Shown here in pieces: positions 47,850 through 51,525 of a stretch of DNA of 51,525 nucleotides. The stretch spans positions 48,107,443 to 48,158,967 of the forward strand of contig NC_068987.1 of NCBI RefSeq assembly GCF_001194135.2. The letters are read 5' to 3'. Made by a program: the position numbers and the translations under genes. Source of the DNA: Octopus bimaculoides (lineage: Eukaryota). How positions within the stretch are numbered: the first letter of the stretch is position 1; each line of letters starts with the position of its first letter. The notes under the pieces are model-generated. The model ran no database searches and was not told the origin of the DNA. It was given only the letters and a program-made list of their open reading frames with translations.

Positions 47850-49090
47850 CATTCATTACCTTGTAGCATTGCTGTATGCACACAAGCATCACGCAGTCTC
47901 TCATTCTAAGAGAGACATTTTGTAGACAAGAGATAATAGTTCTCTCTACTTTCTCCACCCCATTCTTATTCCTCCACAGCTACGTAAGTGAAACTATTTA
48001 CTACCTTGAGGGCGCCCCCAGACATTCAAGATCTATTTCCCATATGTCCTTAGTGTTTACTGCTCCTGCACATCTACATAGAAATTTACTTTCTTCATTA
48101 CTCTTCCTGTGATACTACTGCACCTATGTATGCATAATGTGCACCAAGCACACCATATGGAATTCCTGCATATTGAACAAGACCATTTATCGGAGGTAAG
48201 ACAAGTCCTGTCTGTTTTCTTATTTACTAGAAATTTGGTCTTCTCACCTTGTACTTCTTTTCTAATTCTACTATAGATTCCAAACAGAATGATATCTTTG
48301 GCATACAAGATATCTCAAGAGCAATCAGTCTTAAATTCCTCTGCTAGTGTCTGGGAAACAATGATAAATAGAAGGGGACTGACTCATGGTAATCTATTAC
48401 ATTACTAAGAATACTCCTCTACATTGCTTGTATGGCTTTCACAAGCCTTTCATCTATCCCTAGTTTCCTCACAACCCAGTGGGAGACAGTCCTGCAGTTG
48501 TTTCACCAAAAAGATGGCATCAGTAGTACATCTCCTCGACACAAAACCAAGATACATCTCATCAAGTCTAATTCTGTTTGTAACTTTCATGACCTGGTCC
48601 ACCAATTTGATACCTCTGAAATTACTTGAATTTAAGGTATCTCCTTTAACTTTGTAACAGCTGACTATAATGCAGCATCGGTCATAGCATAAGGCACTTT
48701 CCTACACAGCTTGATTAACTATATGGGTGGACTAGACCATATCCTACTCATCTCAAAGGTGATTCCTGATGGACCAGGGACTTTCCAAGTTCTATCTTCT
48801 TCAATTGCCTATCTATCATACTACTGCCAACTCTAATAGCTGGTTCCTCTGTTGGATCACCAGAGAAATACCTTTTATTCCATATTTAATAACCATTCAT
48901 AGTAGCACTTCCATGTCTCTCTTTTGAGAGACAAAGTGCAAGTATTCTACTATCCATCCTCTTGATTATCCCTTATACAATACAGTTTTGCACTCTGGAA
49001 TATTTCTGGTCATCACATTGTAAGACATTGGCCTGTCACTTTTATGGCCCTACCTCAGTGTTCCTATCAGATGTAATTCATGTCAGCACC
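47850..49090 (-). mobile_element. RTE LINE remnant
   Basis: Minus-strand RGIKLVDQVMKVT and GDVLLMPSF-like RT segments. Appears related to the 42860-43430 fragment. Confidence 0.65.
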
Positions 49091-49635
49091 TGAGCCCTCC
49101 CCACCCTCCACAAAAAATTGCTGGCTTAAGACCCAACAATGCAAGTGTAATGAAAGGAGCCAATGGTGTTTTATTCAGAATCATTTTTTTCATTATTTGT
49201 TTAGATGATTGATGTAATCATTCCTTACAGCTGGAAGTGAATGAAGCTAAATTAAAGAAATCATTCCTCAATGGTGAACGTAATTAAAGAATCTTTTACC
49301 TTATAGTTGTTGCAGTCATTAGACCGTAGTCATGCTGGGGCACCACCTCGAACAATTTTTTTAGTCGACCGCATCAACCCCATTTTTTTAAAAATCAGCC
49401 TCTTCTACAAGATCACTATTTCACATCAGCACTGATTGTCAAGCAAGAGAAGGCACAAGGACAGGCTTCTTTCAGTTTCCATCTACCAAATCTACTCAAG
49501 GATTTGGTTGGCCCAAGGCTATAGCAGAAGACACTTCTAGAACAATGAGGTTGGGAAGCAAGCTTTTAATTTAATTCTGTTTTATAACTGGATGGATTTC
49601 AGCATTTTTTTTCCTGAAATTTAATAGTCCTTTAA

Positions 49636-49954
49636 GCTACACAGAGGACCTGCCCTGGGTGCATGTAAAGAAGCAAACTTTGCCAGCTAGGTTGACCTAT
49701 TAGTAATGGCTATGCAGACAGGGACACGACCAAAGTTAATGTTGACTAAAACATGGAGACTTAATACATAGTTGATCAAGATAGATTTGATTACTTGGCT
49801 TAAACATTTGTATAATTATGGATAACTGGTATTGTGAAAGTTTGAAGCTAGTGAGAAAATACACATGGGACTGGTGTGTAGTCTGATTTAAAACTCTTTT
49901 TGACATGGTAGTACAGAATGTTTACATGCACCCCAGGTAGGTCATCTGTGTAGC
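49636..49954. mobile_element. TTAA-flanked MITE (piggyBac or Kolobok type)
   Basis: TTAA at 49632-49635 and 49955-49958. TIR of about 34 bp, GCTACACAGA.GACCT.CC..GGGTGCATGTAAA. Confidence 0.75.
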
Positions 49955-50249
49955 TTAAAGCAATATATAAGGGGGGGGGGGGACAAACCCATCCAAAATA
50001 TCCATAGCTTGGATGATATACATACGTGAATAATGTCTAAAAGCTAAGCCATGTAAGTTCGCCATCTTTGGAAAACTTGTTCCTTGTGATATAAAGATGC
50101 TCTAAAATGAAAATAACCACTTTACTAAATATAGCTAACACATTTTGAACCAGAAGTCTTGAACTGACTAGCTATTCCTCAAAAGATAGCTTATCTCAGA
50201 GGTAATATACTTAGATACAGAAATATAATGCATCTACATCACAAGGAAT

Positions 50250-50592
50250 ATGTGGAGGCGGAATGGCCCAGTGGTCAGGGCAGCGGACTCGCGGTTTCAA
50301 TTCCCAGACCGGGTTTTGTGTTTATTGAGCGAAAAAAGATATAGAAGGCTCCGGCAGGGGATGGTGGCGAACCCTGCTGTACTCTTTCACCACAACTCTC
50401 TCACTTCCTGTTTCTGTTGTGCCTGTAATTCAAAAGGTCAGCCTTGTCACACTGAACATCCCAGAGAACTACATTAAAGGTACAAGTGTCTGTGGAGTGC
50501 TCAGCCAGCTGCACATTAATTTCATGAGGAGCCTGTTCCATTGATCGGATCAACTGGAACCCTTGACGTCGTAAGCGACGGAGTGCCAACAA
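50250..50592 (+). mobile_element. tRNA-derived SINE of a further family
   Basis: A box TGGCCCAGTGG, B-box-like GGTTTCAATTCC, tail ending GGAGTGCCAACAACAA. Confidence 0.75.
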
Positions 50593-50900
50593 CAATTCAA
50601 TAATCCATAATTTGCACACCTACTCCAGTATTGACAAAAGACTTGATTTTTAAATCAAGAAATAACTTCACAAAAGGTACAATTCCAAGACTGACTTCCT
50701 ATGACAATCCCTGTAGTTACTAAATTAAAAATGCCAATCCGAGAACCCTGCATTACTGATGTTACTAAAGCCATATGCATGACCTCTCTCCCATCCTCCT
50801 CAACAGTGGCAACCCTGCAAATTTTCCCATCAATAGAACGAAGACAAGATAAATTAAGAGATTTTATTGGAATAATCCAAAAAGTGCTCAGTTGAAAATC

Positions 50901-51033
50901 CTATAATACTCCAGCATCCGTTATCATCACATTCACTGACAATGAACCACTAGAGGAACCAAGTCCCTCAATTACTTTAACCAACTCAAAATTCTTCGAT
51001 ACCTCACCAAACACAACATGCTTACCATCCAGC
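50901..51033 (-). CDS. Terminal coding exon of a cyclophilin-type peptidyl-prolyl isomerase
   Basis: Acceptor tttatttctctttacag|G completes the W of [12 protein letters not shown]. Continues [32 protein letters not shown], 133 nt, stop TAG at 50901-50903. AATAAA at 50863-50868 on the minus strand. Upstream exons lie beyond the window. Confidence 0.92.
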
Positions 51034-51525
51034 CTGTAAAGAGAAATAAAAGCAAAGCTCAGAACATAAATTTGGAGAGAAAATGGGACTTCAACACACG
51101 ATACACATGGATGAAGTCCCATTTTGAACATACGAAATTTTTATTTTGAAATTAAGAACACAAAAATAGAAGTGGAGTAAATGACAAGACTTCGTCTTTT
51201 GTTGTAATTAATCCAATGAATTGACAGCAAAATAACTGCTTCAATCAGAATTGTTTACCTGTAAAACGAAAAAAAAAAAAATGAGGGCTGAATATGAAGA
51301 CCCTCAGCCATTTAACAACAACCTGCCTACTGTGTGTTAACTAAAGAAAATGAATATGACAAAAAAATTGTGCAAACGAACCTGGGGGATGGGGAGAAGA
51401 CTTTCGGAAAATTCACAAAATCCAATTTTTCCATAACTTTCGGGGGAAAAGGACAGTGAAATTTTTGGTGGAGATGGAGTATATGTAATCTGGGTATACC
51501 CCCCTTTTAAATTTTTTTTTTTTTT

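Noticed and set aside
1-51525. CRISPR arrays, rRNA genes or prokaryotic operons
   Set aside because: No regularly spaced repeat-spacer arrays or rRNA motifs were seen; the sequence is clearly intron- and TE-rich eukaryotic DNA.

Overview
AT-rich eukaryotic genomic DNA with seven N gaps and many (TA)n/(CA)n microsatellites. The tRNA-derived SINE families resemble those of octopus (inference from recall, not from a search). Most of the window is decayed transposable elements: RTE, Tx1/L1 and Penelope-like retroelements, several SINEs, and mariner/Tc1, pogo/Tigger, piggyBac, MULE, Merlin, hAT-like and Helitron DNA elements. Host coding sequence is sparse. There is a clear terminal cyclophilin exon (-, 50901-51033) and a four-exon, phase-consistent 3' end of an unidentified + strand gene (971-9370). 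A weaker set of - strand exons (1901-6746) is interleaved with that gene, and an orphan + ORF lies at 37883-38283. The most notable observations are: (1) a tRNA-headed element carrying a minimal type-I hammerhead ribozyme, fused to the 3' end of a Penelope element (22043-22255); (2) two apparently unrelated palindromic MITEs that both carry head-to-head TTAGGG/CCCTAA arrays (31285-32251); (3) the possible interleaved antisense genes; (4) a mariner with TIRs of about 160 bp. All calls were made by eye. Element boundaries are approximate unless TIRs or TSDs are quoted.
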